A DNA stretch of 41,986 nucleotides from the NCBI RefSeq assembly GCF_000281045.1, contig NW_008246073.1:822213-864198 (forward strand), read 5' to 3'. Positions 1-10,230 of this stretch are shown one piece after another. The DNA is from Saprolegnia diclina VS20. Lineage: Eukaryota. Position 1 is the first letter of the stretch; every line of letters starts with the position of its first letter. The notes below the pieces were generated by a model. The model was not told where the DNA came from, ran no database searches, and saw only the letters and a list, made by a program, of their open reading frames with translations. Position numbers and translations under genes: made by a program.

Positions 1-2
1 CG

Positions 3-863
3 CGCTACGAGAGCGTGCGTGGCAAGCTCATCCAAAACGTGAGTTCGAGCATCGATCACGCCGCGTCCGTGGCTGGGAAGACCGCGTCGAACCGCAGCAA
101 GTCGTTTGGCGAAGCACTTCAGCGTGAGCTTCAGCGCCATCTCAAGCTCAGCGGCGCAAGCGCTTTCATCCAGAGTCTGCCGCCGCTCACGAACGGCGTC
201 ATGAACTGCGACGCGCAAGGCCCGTCCATCTTTGACGACACAAGCAGCCGTATGCCAACCAACGTGCCCCGGCGCCTGCATGAAACATTGGTCGCACTCA
301 CGCCGACGCTTGCTGCATCGGTGGCCAAAAACACATCTGTGGCAAAGGCCATCGCCGAAGCTCTCCAGACGGAATCTTATTGCGCCAACTATGGCATTGC
401 GCCACGCTGCGGTGAGCCGTGTCCAAAGTGCAGATGTCCTTGCACAAAAGAACAGGGCCATGCCTCCAAGGACGGCTCGCGCCACGACACGTACCACCAA
501 CCAAGCGGCCTCCAAGGTGCTACTATTTCCACGTGGTACTTTTGGAAAACCTGGTTGCCGTGGTGGACCAAAGCGAACGAGCTCTGTCCCCACAGCTGTG
601 TATCGGCCGTCGCCAACAACGACATCATGGAGCTCGAAAGCGGCAAAACGAAAGCGTTCAAGGACTTTGAGAAGGTGTTTCCATACTGGTCCTTGCCGCA
701 CGGCGCGGCCACGTCTCTTCCGCTGCGCGAACACATCTTTGCGCACTACCAGACTGAGCTTTCTCAGTACTTTGAAGTGGATAAGTGCATCGACATACCC
801 GCCTCGTACTTTGCCCACGACATCAAAGACATCCAGCAACAGCTCGAGCGCATGCTATGCTAA
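3..863 (+). CDS. 3' end of a GVIN/VLIG-type very large GTPase paralog (copy A), truncated by the window edge
   Basis: The frame is open from position 3. The translation aligns with the C-terminus of the 2129-aa ORF: LQRHLKLSGASAFIQSLP..VMNCDAQGPS vs LQCRLKCSGTSALIESLP..VMNCDDQGPS; PRCGEPCPKCRCPCTK..HDTYHQP; LPLREHIFA vs LPLREYVFA. Confidence 0.9.
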   Translation, partial: RYESVRGKLIQNVSSSIDHAASVAGKTASNRSKSFGEALQRELQRHLKLSGASAFIQSLPPLTNGVMNCDAQGPSIFDDTSSRMPTNVPRRLHETLVALTPTLAASVAKNTSVAKAIAEALQTESYCANYGIAPRCGEPCPKCRCPCTKEQGHASKDGSRHDTYHQPSGLQGATISTWYFWKTWLPWWTKANELCPHSCVSAVANNDIMELESGKTKAFKDFEKVFPYWSLPHGAATSLPLREHIFAHYQTELSQYFEVDKCIDIPASYFAHDIKDIQQQLERMLC

Positions 864-1024
864 TTTTATATCAACACAATACATGCAATACTCGTCGAAC
901 GTGTTTATCAGGCGACACAGTCGTCAAACCAACTGCATCTTCCTGTCATGACTCTGACAATCTTCATCATAGCCCCTTCGGAGAACAATGCACACGTTGC
1001 GGATCCCACTCTTCTCGGAAGGGA

Positions 1025-2895
1025 CTAAGCCAATGTAAGTGAAAACACCTCGTTGCTGCGCGTCTCGTGGGCATCTTGGCCGCCAAAGAGCAAGACGGTC
1101 TTGGCGCCTTCGTTTGCGAGCACAGCGCAGTGTCCAACACGTTGCATGCCGTCAGAGGAGTCCATCGTCACTGGCTTCCACTCCCACGTCTCCGTGTTGA
1201 GCGCAAATACGTCACCAAAGAGGGTCGTTTTCTGGGCGCCGACCTGCGGGTCCCAGCCACCATAGACAAGGATCGTCGACGCATCGAGGGCGACCGCGAT
1301 CTGGCCCGTCCGGGGCGCGGGACCGACACCGACCGTGCACGGGTGGAACCAAAACCACGCATTGTCCGCGGGCCGACGTTCGAGCACGTGTACCGAGTCG
1401 AAGCTGCGCTTGGTGTCGTTGCCGCCAAAGAGGACCATGCGGTGGTCGCCGATCGCAACCGCCGAGTGGTAGTTGCGGGCTGCGGGCGCCCGGCCGTCGA
1501 CTCGAATGTTGCGCCACGTCCATGTCGCTACTCAATTATAATGGCATTCAAATTGAGTTTCAGGCGTCTCAATCGCGTACCCGTCTCGAGTACGTGGACC
1601 GAGTTCATGCTGCTGCGACCACGGTTGCCGCCAAAGACGACTATGTCCGAGCCGAGCCGGCACATGCTGTGACCGCTTCGCGCGACGGGTACCGGCCCCG
1701 CGACGACTGGGGGGTACCACAGAAAGGCCTCTACGACTCACGTTGAAGCCACCAACCGACTGGACCACACGCATCCTACCCGTATCAAGCACCATCGGGT
1801 CGGCGAGCGTCTCCATCGCGTCATTCACAAGGCGCTCGCCGCCAAACACAACGAGCAGCTTGTTCGTCGGCAGGTACACAGCGCCGTGCCACGTCCGCGG
1901 CAGGCTTTCGCAGTTGGCCGGACGGCTCCACGCATTCGTCGCAATGTCAAACACGTGGATATCCGCAAGCGTCGTCTCGTCTTCGCTCTCGCCGCCGTAG
2001 AGCACAATGCGGTCCTTCGAGATGCGCGTCGCGGTCGCGCCCCAGCGCTGGCTCGGCGGGGTGCCGGAGGTTGGCACTAGGGCGTAGCTGCCGGTAAAGT
2101 GCTCGAGACCGTGACTCGGCGCAGGTAGCGCGTCGACATCGACGGGGGACGTGGGCACAATGGTGGGTGCCGCCGCCTTGGCTTCGTCGTCCTCGGTCGC
2201 TGCGACCACCGTTGCCTCGGGCGCCTCGTCCACCTCGGTTGTCTCGTCCAACGCCACCTCGTCGGAAGGCGAAGAAGCCTCTACCGCCTTGGCAGCGTCG
2301 ACCTTGTCGTCCTTCTTCGGTGAGAAAAATGACTTGACGTCCGCAGTCTTCTTGACGGCGTCTTTCTTGGTCGGTCGACCGCGCTTCCCCTTGGCCTTGG
2401 CCGGCGGCGACATGAACTCTTTGGCCACATCCGCCGGCTCCGACTTTGCCGGCAATGGCTGCAACGGCGAGCGCGCCTTTTCGGAGGACTCGCTGGTATC
2501 GCTGCGACTGCTACTCGAGGCCGCCTGCTCGCAGGAATGTGCATAAGTTGCGAAAGTGTTGGATCCATCTACCTTGGCAGGTGACGTCTTTTGGCGCTTG
2601 GCCGGGTCTTCATAAATAACGATCGGCGACGGCGCCTCGGCCACACGCTTCTTGGACTCAGTGGGCTTGGGTGGCGGCTTGGAGAGCGCGAAGCGACCAG
2701 TGAAGTTGGTGCACTCGATCGCGAGGCTGCCATTCTCAAAGAAGAAGCGCAGCCCGTCGATGGCCGGAATGTCGACGTCAATACCTGCATATACAAGAGC
2801 ATGAGAGTCATATTGGCCATGATCATGAGCGTCGTCTTGGCCATGATCATGCTTCGTAGGTAGAGAGACGTACCTTCAAAGGACAGAAGGGTCAT
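1025..2895 (-). CDS. Kelch-repeat beta-propeller protein with a low-complexity N-terminus (4 exons, ~559 aa)
   Basis: Repeated Kelch motifs (RWGATAT..IVLYGG, RTWHGAV..LVVFGG, RSGHSM..IVVFGG, RNYHSAV..MVLFGG, RTGQIAV..ILVYGG, RVGHCAV..VLLFGG). GT-AG introns at 2785-2873, 1731-1779 and 1528-1580 join the frames from the ATG at 2895 to the stop at 1025. Confidence 0.88.
2800..2851. repeat. 24-bp tandem duplication (2.2 copies) inside Kelch intron 1
   Basis: CATGAGAGTCATATTGGCCATGAT / CATGAGCGTCGTCTTGGCCATGAT / CATG. Confidence 0.8.
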
Positions 2896-3284
2896 CGAAC
2901 GTGTGACTTTGCCGAAATGACCGCCCGGCCATTTCCCGCGAAGCCCTATTGAGTACGCAAGGCGCACCTTACAGGTGGCTGACGACACCACTCTTTACGC
3001 GTTCTTTCTCCTACTCAGTGACGCCAAAGTTTTTTCTGCGTGCTGCAAGCGCCTTTCATCGATACAAAAGTAGGTTTTATAGAGAGCATATGCCCATCGC
3101 TCGCTCGTCGGCAACACAGTAGACGACGTACGCAGCCTGCCCGGGAGGAATGGCGTGTATCTAGACACTCATTTAAGTACGGTGTCCAGCGTGGGGCTAA
3201 AAATAGGGCCTCACGACACGCACTTTGATGGGTCGTAGCCGTCTGGATAACGGTCCGGATACGGAAGATCGGAGTGCTGGGAAC

Positions 3285-3297
3285 CCATTGGCTAAAA
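3285..3297. promoter_or_regulatory. CCAAT-box-like element in the divergent Kelch/TPR promoter
   Basis: CCATTGGCTAAAA, about 100 bp upstream of the TPR-like gene start; resembles the oomycete CCAAT motif. Confidence 0.4.
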
Positions 3298-3389
3298 TCC
3301 GGACGTCGCGAGGGCAGTTGCAATCTTCGGCGGAAGCATGTCCCGGCGCCACCTGGAGCCGCGCTCGGGTACATGATGCGCATGGACCC

Positions 3390-6300
3390 ATGACAATGCT
3401 GATGGCTTACGTAGATGACGAGGATGCTTGGGAGAACGACTTCAACTTTGATGGGCTCGCAGCGCGTGGGGCGACAGAGCTGCCAACGTCGCCGACGCTG
3501 GGCCAAGCCGTCGAGCGCCTGGCCTTGAACTACCGCCTTGTCGACGTGCTTGGTCGCGCGTGCAGCGGCCTCAATGGTGCGATGCAGCAACCATTCTCAT
3601 GGCGCTCATGGCGACGCGTAGATCAACTGGACAGCGAGCTCCACTTGCATGGCGAAGGCGCCGCCTCGGTGCCTGCGACGAGCATGGTAGAGCTACCGAC
3701 GACTAGAGCTATACTGACCCCACGCAGGAGCGTGCATCAAGCTTTCTTATCGACTGCTGCTTGATGGTCTTCCGCAACGAAGCGTCGGCAGTCGCTGCAA
3801 CGCTCGAGACGGCTCGTGCCATCCTCACGACGTCGAGTCCGTGCAAGTCGGGAGGTCTCAGCGACTGCGCAACACAGCTGCGTCGCAACATTCTTCTTCT
3901 GTGGCTGCAGGTTGAAACCTTTGCTGTCGCACCCGTGACGCAAAAGCCCATTCTTCTCGAGTTGCTCGCCCGTGACATGGGTCGAGCCATGGGCCAACTG
4001 CAGCCAGCAACCATGGGCAGTACGAGCACCCGCAGCCCGCTCTTTGCTCTTGCACACCTTGTCTTGAGTGAGATGCACGACGTTGTCGCCCCGATCCTCG
4101 GCGCGGGCCACGCCAAGCCGTCGCAACTCGTCGAGCTCACGTCCGTTTTGCGAATCTCGGTGCTGCTCCTCATGTTTCTTGGCGTGCAGCACCGCACGCC
4201 AGACTCCGCACCGTCATTGTCCTGGCAGACGTTGACCAAGATGGCGCTGTGCATGGGTCACTTGCTGCTGCTCTCTTGCGAGCTCTCGCTGGTGACGGAC
4301 TTTGCGTGCGTGTGCAGCAAAGCTGCAGCCTACGTCATCGACGACCCCAGCCTCTTATCGCAGGCCAAGCTCGTGCTCTGCCAAGCCCAGCTCGAGCAAA
4401 AGCGCCTCATGGACGAAGACGAGGACTGGGCGGATTTCACGCCACACGATCGATCGCAGCGGCTCTTCTCCCTCGAGTGGACGCCCACCAACAAGCCCAA
4501 GCAAATGGCAGAGAACGACGACGAGGAGGAGGAAGATTGGGATAAGGAGCTCGCGCAAGACGAGGGGCAGAGCGGTGCGACAAGCTCGCTCTCGACGGTT
4601 CTCAACATGCGGGACCTCTTTATCGACGCGTCGTCGACATTGCCGCCGTCCGAAGCAAGCCGCCCTCGATGGCTCACGCAGCGCATCGACGAGTGTCCGA
4701 CCGCGTCGCCACAACCACCACCGCCACCACCACCGTCGCCGTACTCGAAATCGTTTGCGGCGTTTGAGACAGGCCAGCTCCTCAGCCAGATTTGCCCGTC
4801 CGCTCGCTCGATCGAAGCGTGGCTCACAAGCCTCGACGTGCACCCGCCTCGTTTCGTCCACGATGCCGAGACCGAAGTGCTCGCGCTCACCGACCTCCCC
4901 GTCTACGAACGCTTGTGGTGCGAGGGCTACGTCCATTGCTGTAATGTGCTTCAAGCCAGCGCGCCAGACGTGTGCCTCGGCCTCGCCACCGCTTTTTTCC
5001 AGATGCTGGCAACCACACGTGTGCCCACCACGCTTTGCAAAGGCGTTGTTGCGGCGGGAAAGCACATACTGGCCACTCTTGCGCTCGTCTTGCATCCACT
5101 GGGACTGTCCGCGACCGTCTTGGACGCGCCTGTGGCGCAGCTGAAAGCGCTAGGTACGGCGCCGGACGATGTCGCCATGCTGGAGCTTGAGTGCGCACTG
5201 CATCTTGCGCTATGCACGTGTGCCGAGGACTTTGCCGACTCGGTGGACCAGCTAGCCTTGCTCGACCGAGCGCATACGCTCTTGCAGCGTGCCCACGCAT
5301 CACTTGTGGCGGAGCGCGAGATCTTGTGCCATGGGTGTCCTGCTTCGATCGCTGCCATGGAGCGTAGCATGACGCTGCACTTGCTTGTGCACTGCGTTGC
5401 TTTCGGGCTCTCGCCGCTCACGCTTCAACACGTGACCAAGGGGGCGTCGCTGGACGTTGCCAACGACCTGGTGGAGGCCGAGACCGCAGCGCTCTCAACC
5501 TCCCCCAACATATTTGCCCATGTGCTCAAGCACACGGCGCATCCGTCGCAAAGCGCCGTCTACGCCCGGCTCGTTCACCTCTTTGGCTATTTACCGCTGC
5601 AGTCAAGTGTCCGTATCCAGGCCGGGATGGTCCTTGGGACGACGATGCTCGCGCTCCAGTGCCTTCAAGATGCTGAAAATGTCTTGTACGAATCGGTCTA
5701 CCTCTCGGTCTCGGCCAAGACGACGCGAATTCGGTCTCCTAGCGTGCCGTATATGCTCTGCGCCTTTGGCGACGCGCTCGTGTCCAACCGCAAGTACCGG
5801 TTTGGGATTGTCGCGTATGAAGCGGCTTTGCGGGCGGGCGACGCTGCATTTTGCACCGACCTCGAGCGTAAACTAGCGATTCTCTGCAGTGACAATGGCG
5901 ACATTGATCGCAGTCTCGTTCTCTACGCTCGGATTCGCCATACCAGCCGCGACCAGCGACGTATCTTTGAGTACGTTTACGTTGCAGTGACGATGGCCAC
6001 TATGCACATGGAGCGCGGTGCATTTGCGAGCGCGGCCTCCGACATGCAGCACGTACTCACGTTCATGAAGAACGAAGTGTTTACACAGGACGTGCGCATG
6101 GAGCTTCATGTGCTGCGCGTTCGCCTTGCCATTTGTCTCTTGCACTTGCAAGAGCCCCAAAATGCCATCGTCATGCTCTTGCGCTGCCGCGACGAGCTCC
6201 TTCAGAGCTCCAGTCATGTGTGTGCGTCATCGGTCAAGCTCGTGGTGGTGCTTGGCTGGCTTGCGACCGCCTACTTGCGGGATGGCGCCCTCGCAGCGTG

Positions 6301-8796
6301 CGATGAAACCCTGCTCTCGATTGCGCGGCTCCGTGAGACGACGAGTTGCCGGTACAACTGCCTCGCGTCAGCCGCGCGACGCAAGCACGTTAGCCACGGC
6401 TCGTTTGCCAAAGTGCCGAGCTGCCTCAACATGACCGTGTCGCTGCATGAACACCCGGGCGCCGACTTGTACTCGCTTCAGATGCAGCTCTCGCTGGCAC
6501 GCTGCGAGTTGGAGAAAGCTGCGCACTACTCAGCGCTCGCAATCATCACGCTCGAGCTCGACCCGCATGCAGAGATGCACGAGCTCGCCGCGCTCTACTA
6601 CTTACGCGGCAAGGCGCTCGACGCATGCTTGCACCACCCGGGCCTCTTTCCGATGAAGCTCCAAGGACTGGAGTGTGAACAACTCATTCTCGCCAACAAG
6701 CCCAAACTGTCGCACCACCGCCGCAAGAGCTCGACGCTGCTCCGCGAACGCGTCCTCGTCACGTCCGATGAATGTACCCCGTTAGCTCATATGATACATA
6801 GGATCTTTATAATGGGTGGCGTAGGTCTCTACCACGCGGTGCGATCGCTGCACCATAGCTTTGAGCTCTACAAGAGTACCGGTGACAAGCCAGGCATGGT
6901 CCGTGCAGCGAATCGACTCGCGGCCATGTACTTCGACAAGGTGTTTGTGTCCGTGCTGGTGCGCAACCAGTCGCTTGTAGACGTTGCAGTGCTGCGGCTC
7001 AAACGGCGGCATGCGTCGTCGCATCTGAATCTCAACGACGAGTGCGTTGAGTTTGCCTTTACACTGGACGACATGCGTGGCCCCGCGACGCTCGGCTTTG
7101 ATTTGAGCCTTGATGCGATGGCGCCCGAGCCGTACATGGAGGCGTGTGTCAATATGGCGACGCTTTGCGCGCTCCGCAACGACTGGCCCGAGATGCTGCG
7201 CTACTGGTACGAGGCCCGGGACGTCTTTTACCACTGCGGGTTTGGCACTGGCAAGCGCCACCGCCGCTTTCGTCACCGCCTCGTGCAGCTGCTCTTGTGT
7301 TGTGAGCCTGCGCTCGTCGCGGCCAACAGCGTGCTCCTGGATGTAGCTGCGTCCGACGACGTCCCATTGTGGTTTTGGCGCAAAACCCAGCACAAAAATG
7401 CGACGCTCCCCGCCGAGACGAGCTTGAGCTACCACTACAAACGGCTGCGCGAGACGCGGCCAAGCCATCAACGCACGCAGTCGGAGTCGCTCGAGCACGT
7501 GCCACCAACGGTGCATGGCAAGCGGTCCGGCTACCACCGTTCGTTCCCACCGCGCATCCGCGACAAAGGCCGAGCCAAACCCCGAGGCCTCAAGGTACAG
7601 TGTCCACATCACTTTGGATGGACCCTAACCGCAAATAGGACATCTTTGAACATGCAACAGAGGCGCCGAACGGTGGCGCCGAGGAGCCTCCGCTGGTCAC
7701 GCGCCAACGTCTCCTACTGCGCGTGGCCCACAGTGCGGGGCGAGGCGCCGAGGGTAGCGACCACTCTGTACAACAAGATCGTTTGCGCAAAGTCTGGGCG
7801 CTTGCTGAAGAGATGCGCGGCGGCGGGCTCTCGCAGTGGTGCGCAAGCCTTGTGCTCGATGCCGTGCCCGCCATCTACGTGCTCGGCGATCATGACGGCA
7901 TTGCTACCTTCTCGACGGCAACAGTTAGCGGCGACTGGCGTATTTTAGAAGGCGACACGCTCACGCGGTACGCCCCCGTACTGCGCCACGGGTCACTTCT
8001 CGCGCAGCGGCAGTGCTTTGAGCAAGAAGCTAGCACGACGTCAATCGCCCTATGGCACCGACTTACCTCTGACGCACCGCCGTCGCTTCGCGAGCGACAC
8101 GAGTGGCTGTGTAGCCACCAGTTGGACGCTGCTAAAGAAGACGACCTGCGTGGTCCGTCTCTTGTCCACAGCAAAGCGCCGGTGCCGTCCTCGAAGAAGG
8201 TATCGACGCAGACTAAGCTTATTGTTGCCCCGGTACTGGCTTCGCTGCCGTGGGAAGTTCTTCTGGAGGAAGCCCCCACGGACCCCACTCGTCTTGCGGT
8301 TGCACGTCTCATTCGGCCACTGGAAGCCCAGCCACAGTCGCTAGAGTGGTCGACCTCGCACCTGCTTTTGTTTGTCGTACACCCATCGACACAGAGTCTA
8401 CTGGACGTTCCCAGGAAGATCCATGTTCTCGCATCTCGCGACGCTGCAAATGTGACCATCGACATGGCAGTCGCCAACGTGCGCCGGAAGAAGAAGCCGT
8501 CGCTGGCGTTGACGTCGTGCCCGATGAATATTGCAGTGGCAGCAATGGACGACTGGTCGACGAGTGCTGTCACTGCGCTGCGCCGGTCGCCGACGCTCTT
8601 TGCGCTGCTTTTGGTGCCCGCCAGTTTTGTACGGCCGCTGGCGTTGGCGCTTTGGGCGCGCCGGCCAAAGAAGCGCCGACTGTTTGGCACGCCGAGTCGC
8701 ACCGTGGAGGCGCCGCGCGAGTGGCTCGACGATGTTGTCGGCGCCTTTGAGCGGACGACCTTTATACCCGTGAGTGTAGTGATTACAGGCGCTTGA
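3390..8796 (+). CDS. Large alpha-helical/TPR-like protein (~1750 aa) with a C-terminal degenerate CHAT/separase-like motif
   Basis: ORFs 3225-3764, 3761-7948 and 7723-8796 are joined in frame by GT-AG introns 3687-3727 and 7595-7638; a probable in-frame intron lies at 6774-6824. TPR-like helices (FGDALVSNRKYRFGIVAYEAAL; LAILCSDNGDIDRSLVLY; MATMHMERGAFASA; LAALYYLRGKAL) and LIVAPVLASLPWEVL near the C-terminus. The start ATG is uncertain (3390/3396/3402). Confidence 0.75.
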
Positions 8797-8854
8797 TCGC
8801 GCAGTTTAATAGGATTATATAGTACGGCCTACCCTCTATGAAAATGACACTATC

Positions 8855-9442
8855 TCAGCTCGACGACCGGGCGCTGGACGCCGTCGATGGCCGGAGCTCC
8901 TGGTCGTCCTTGTCAATGATCGCCGACGAGACAAACGACCGCATGGTCTCGAACCCGCTGGCGTCGCTCGCCGTGTCGTACGACTCGCTGCGCTTGGTCC
9001 GGACTTCGATCATCGGAATGGAGCTGCTTTGGTACAATCGCGAGGCCGACGACCCGCGGTGGATCGAGCTCTCGCTGCGAATCTGGTCCCGCGATGAGGG
9101 CGAGAGGCGGTCCCAGAACGAGTCGCGCGCGTTTGCGTCCGGCGGGACGTCCGTGTTGGGCTCGGTCGTCGACGCAATGCTCTGGTCGAGCGACATCGAG
9201 TCGTTGCTTTGGCGCGAGCTGGCCTTGAGAAGCCATGGCACAAACGTCGAGTTGTTATTTGGGTCGAGGGGCGACGCCACGTACGAGTGGCCGCCACCGC
9301 CGCGCGAGAGCGTCATCGGTAGCTCGAGCGTCTCGGACTTGAACGGGGACGCGCTGCGGTAGCGCAGGAAGAGGACGGCAGCGAGACCGCCCACAAGAAC
9401 GAGTGCGCCGACGACGATGCCGACGATCGCGGCGTCGTCCAT
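8855..9442 (-). CDS. Small single-pass membrane protein with a Ser-rich cytoplasmic tail
   Basis: MDDAAIVGIVVGALVLVGGLAAVLFLRYR is a hydrophobic helix followed by basic residues; coding-like codon bias. Confidence 0.7.
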   Translation of the reverse strand: MDDAAIVGIVVGALVLVGGLAAVLFLRYRSASPFKSETLELPMTLSRGGGGHSYVASPLDPNNNSTFVPWLLKASSRQSNDSMSLDQSIASTTEPNTDVPPDANARDSFWDRLSPSSRDQIRSESSIHRGSSASRLYQSSSIPMIEVRTKRSESYDTASDASGFETMRSFVSSAIIDKDDQELRPSTASSARSSS

Positions 9443-9876
9443 AGTAACGTTATCGAGGAGCAAAAAGGCAAGTGCGACCAAGCGCCATTACGCAGCCAAG
9501 ATCGCGTATAAGTCCAGCAGGCACGTGGGACACGCCAGCCGTGACCAACATGTGCGTAGCTCCTGGCGTGATTCGAGCATGTCTGCGGCTACGAGTATCT
9601 TGGCGTCAAGAGCGCGCTGCCAATGGGAAGGACGACCCTGCCACAAGGAGCTGCAGACTACTTTATCTACCAGGCGTATTGACGCACGCAGCGGTCGTAT
9701 GACTCACGCTACGTGGAGGACGCTCTGCTTGAAGCACCGTCGCGACAGCTTTCTCATACACACCTAATGCAACCTACTACGTGTCGACGACGACGCCAGC
9801 GCACCTTGTACGACAAGGACGCCGCCGAGTGGCGGAGGTTGGCCGAACGCACTTGCTTGGGACGTCACATTGTCCT

Positions 9877-9939
9877 CTGATTGGCGCCTTTGCGATCCAA
9901 GATCCGGTCCGATTGGCTGCAACCCTGCTCGCTGATTGG
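9877..9939 (-). promoter_or_regulatory. Cluster of three CCAAT boxes (GATTGG on +)
   Basis: CTGATTGG at 9877, CGATTGG at 9910 and CTGATTGG at 9932, upstream of the minus-strand membrane protein gene. Confidence 0.45.
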
Positions 9940-10230
9940 TGCGTGCGCTGATCGCCACCGTCCGAACCAAGGTGGCAGCGCCGCTGGCCTCCTCTACGTT
10001 GAGATTGAACCCTTTGCATTTGATTTTCATCGAAAACTTTGCGATGGCCGCACCATATTATACGTAAGAACTGTCAAGGCAACGTCACTGAAACGAAGCC
10101 AGTGACTCTTGTCCGTGGACGTGACGTTGGCTTCTTCAAGTGCATTTGTTGTTGGTCAACGAGTGGGGCTGCTTTTCGTGTCGACACGGTAGACACGTAT
10201 ATCGCGTTGCACGTTGTATATTCGTAGAAG

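Noticed and set aside
7639..7948. C-terminal tail of the 1395-aa ORF as real protein, and 7723-8796 as a separate gene
   Set aside because: Intron 7595-7638 shifts the frame and joins both ORFs into one gene.
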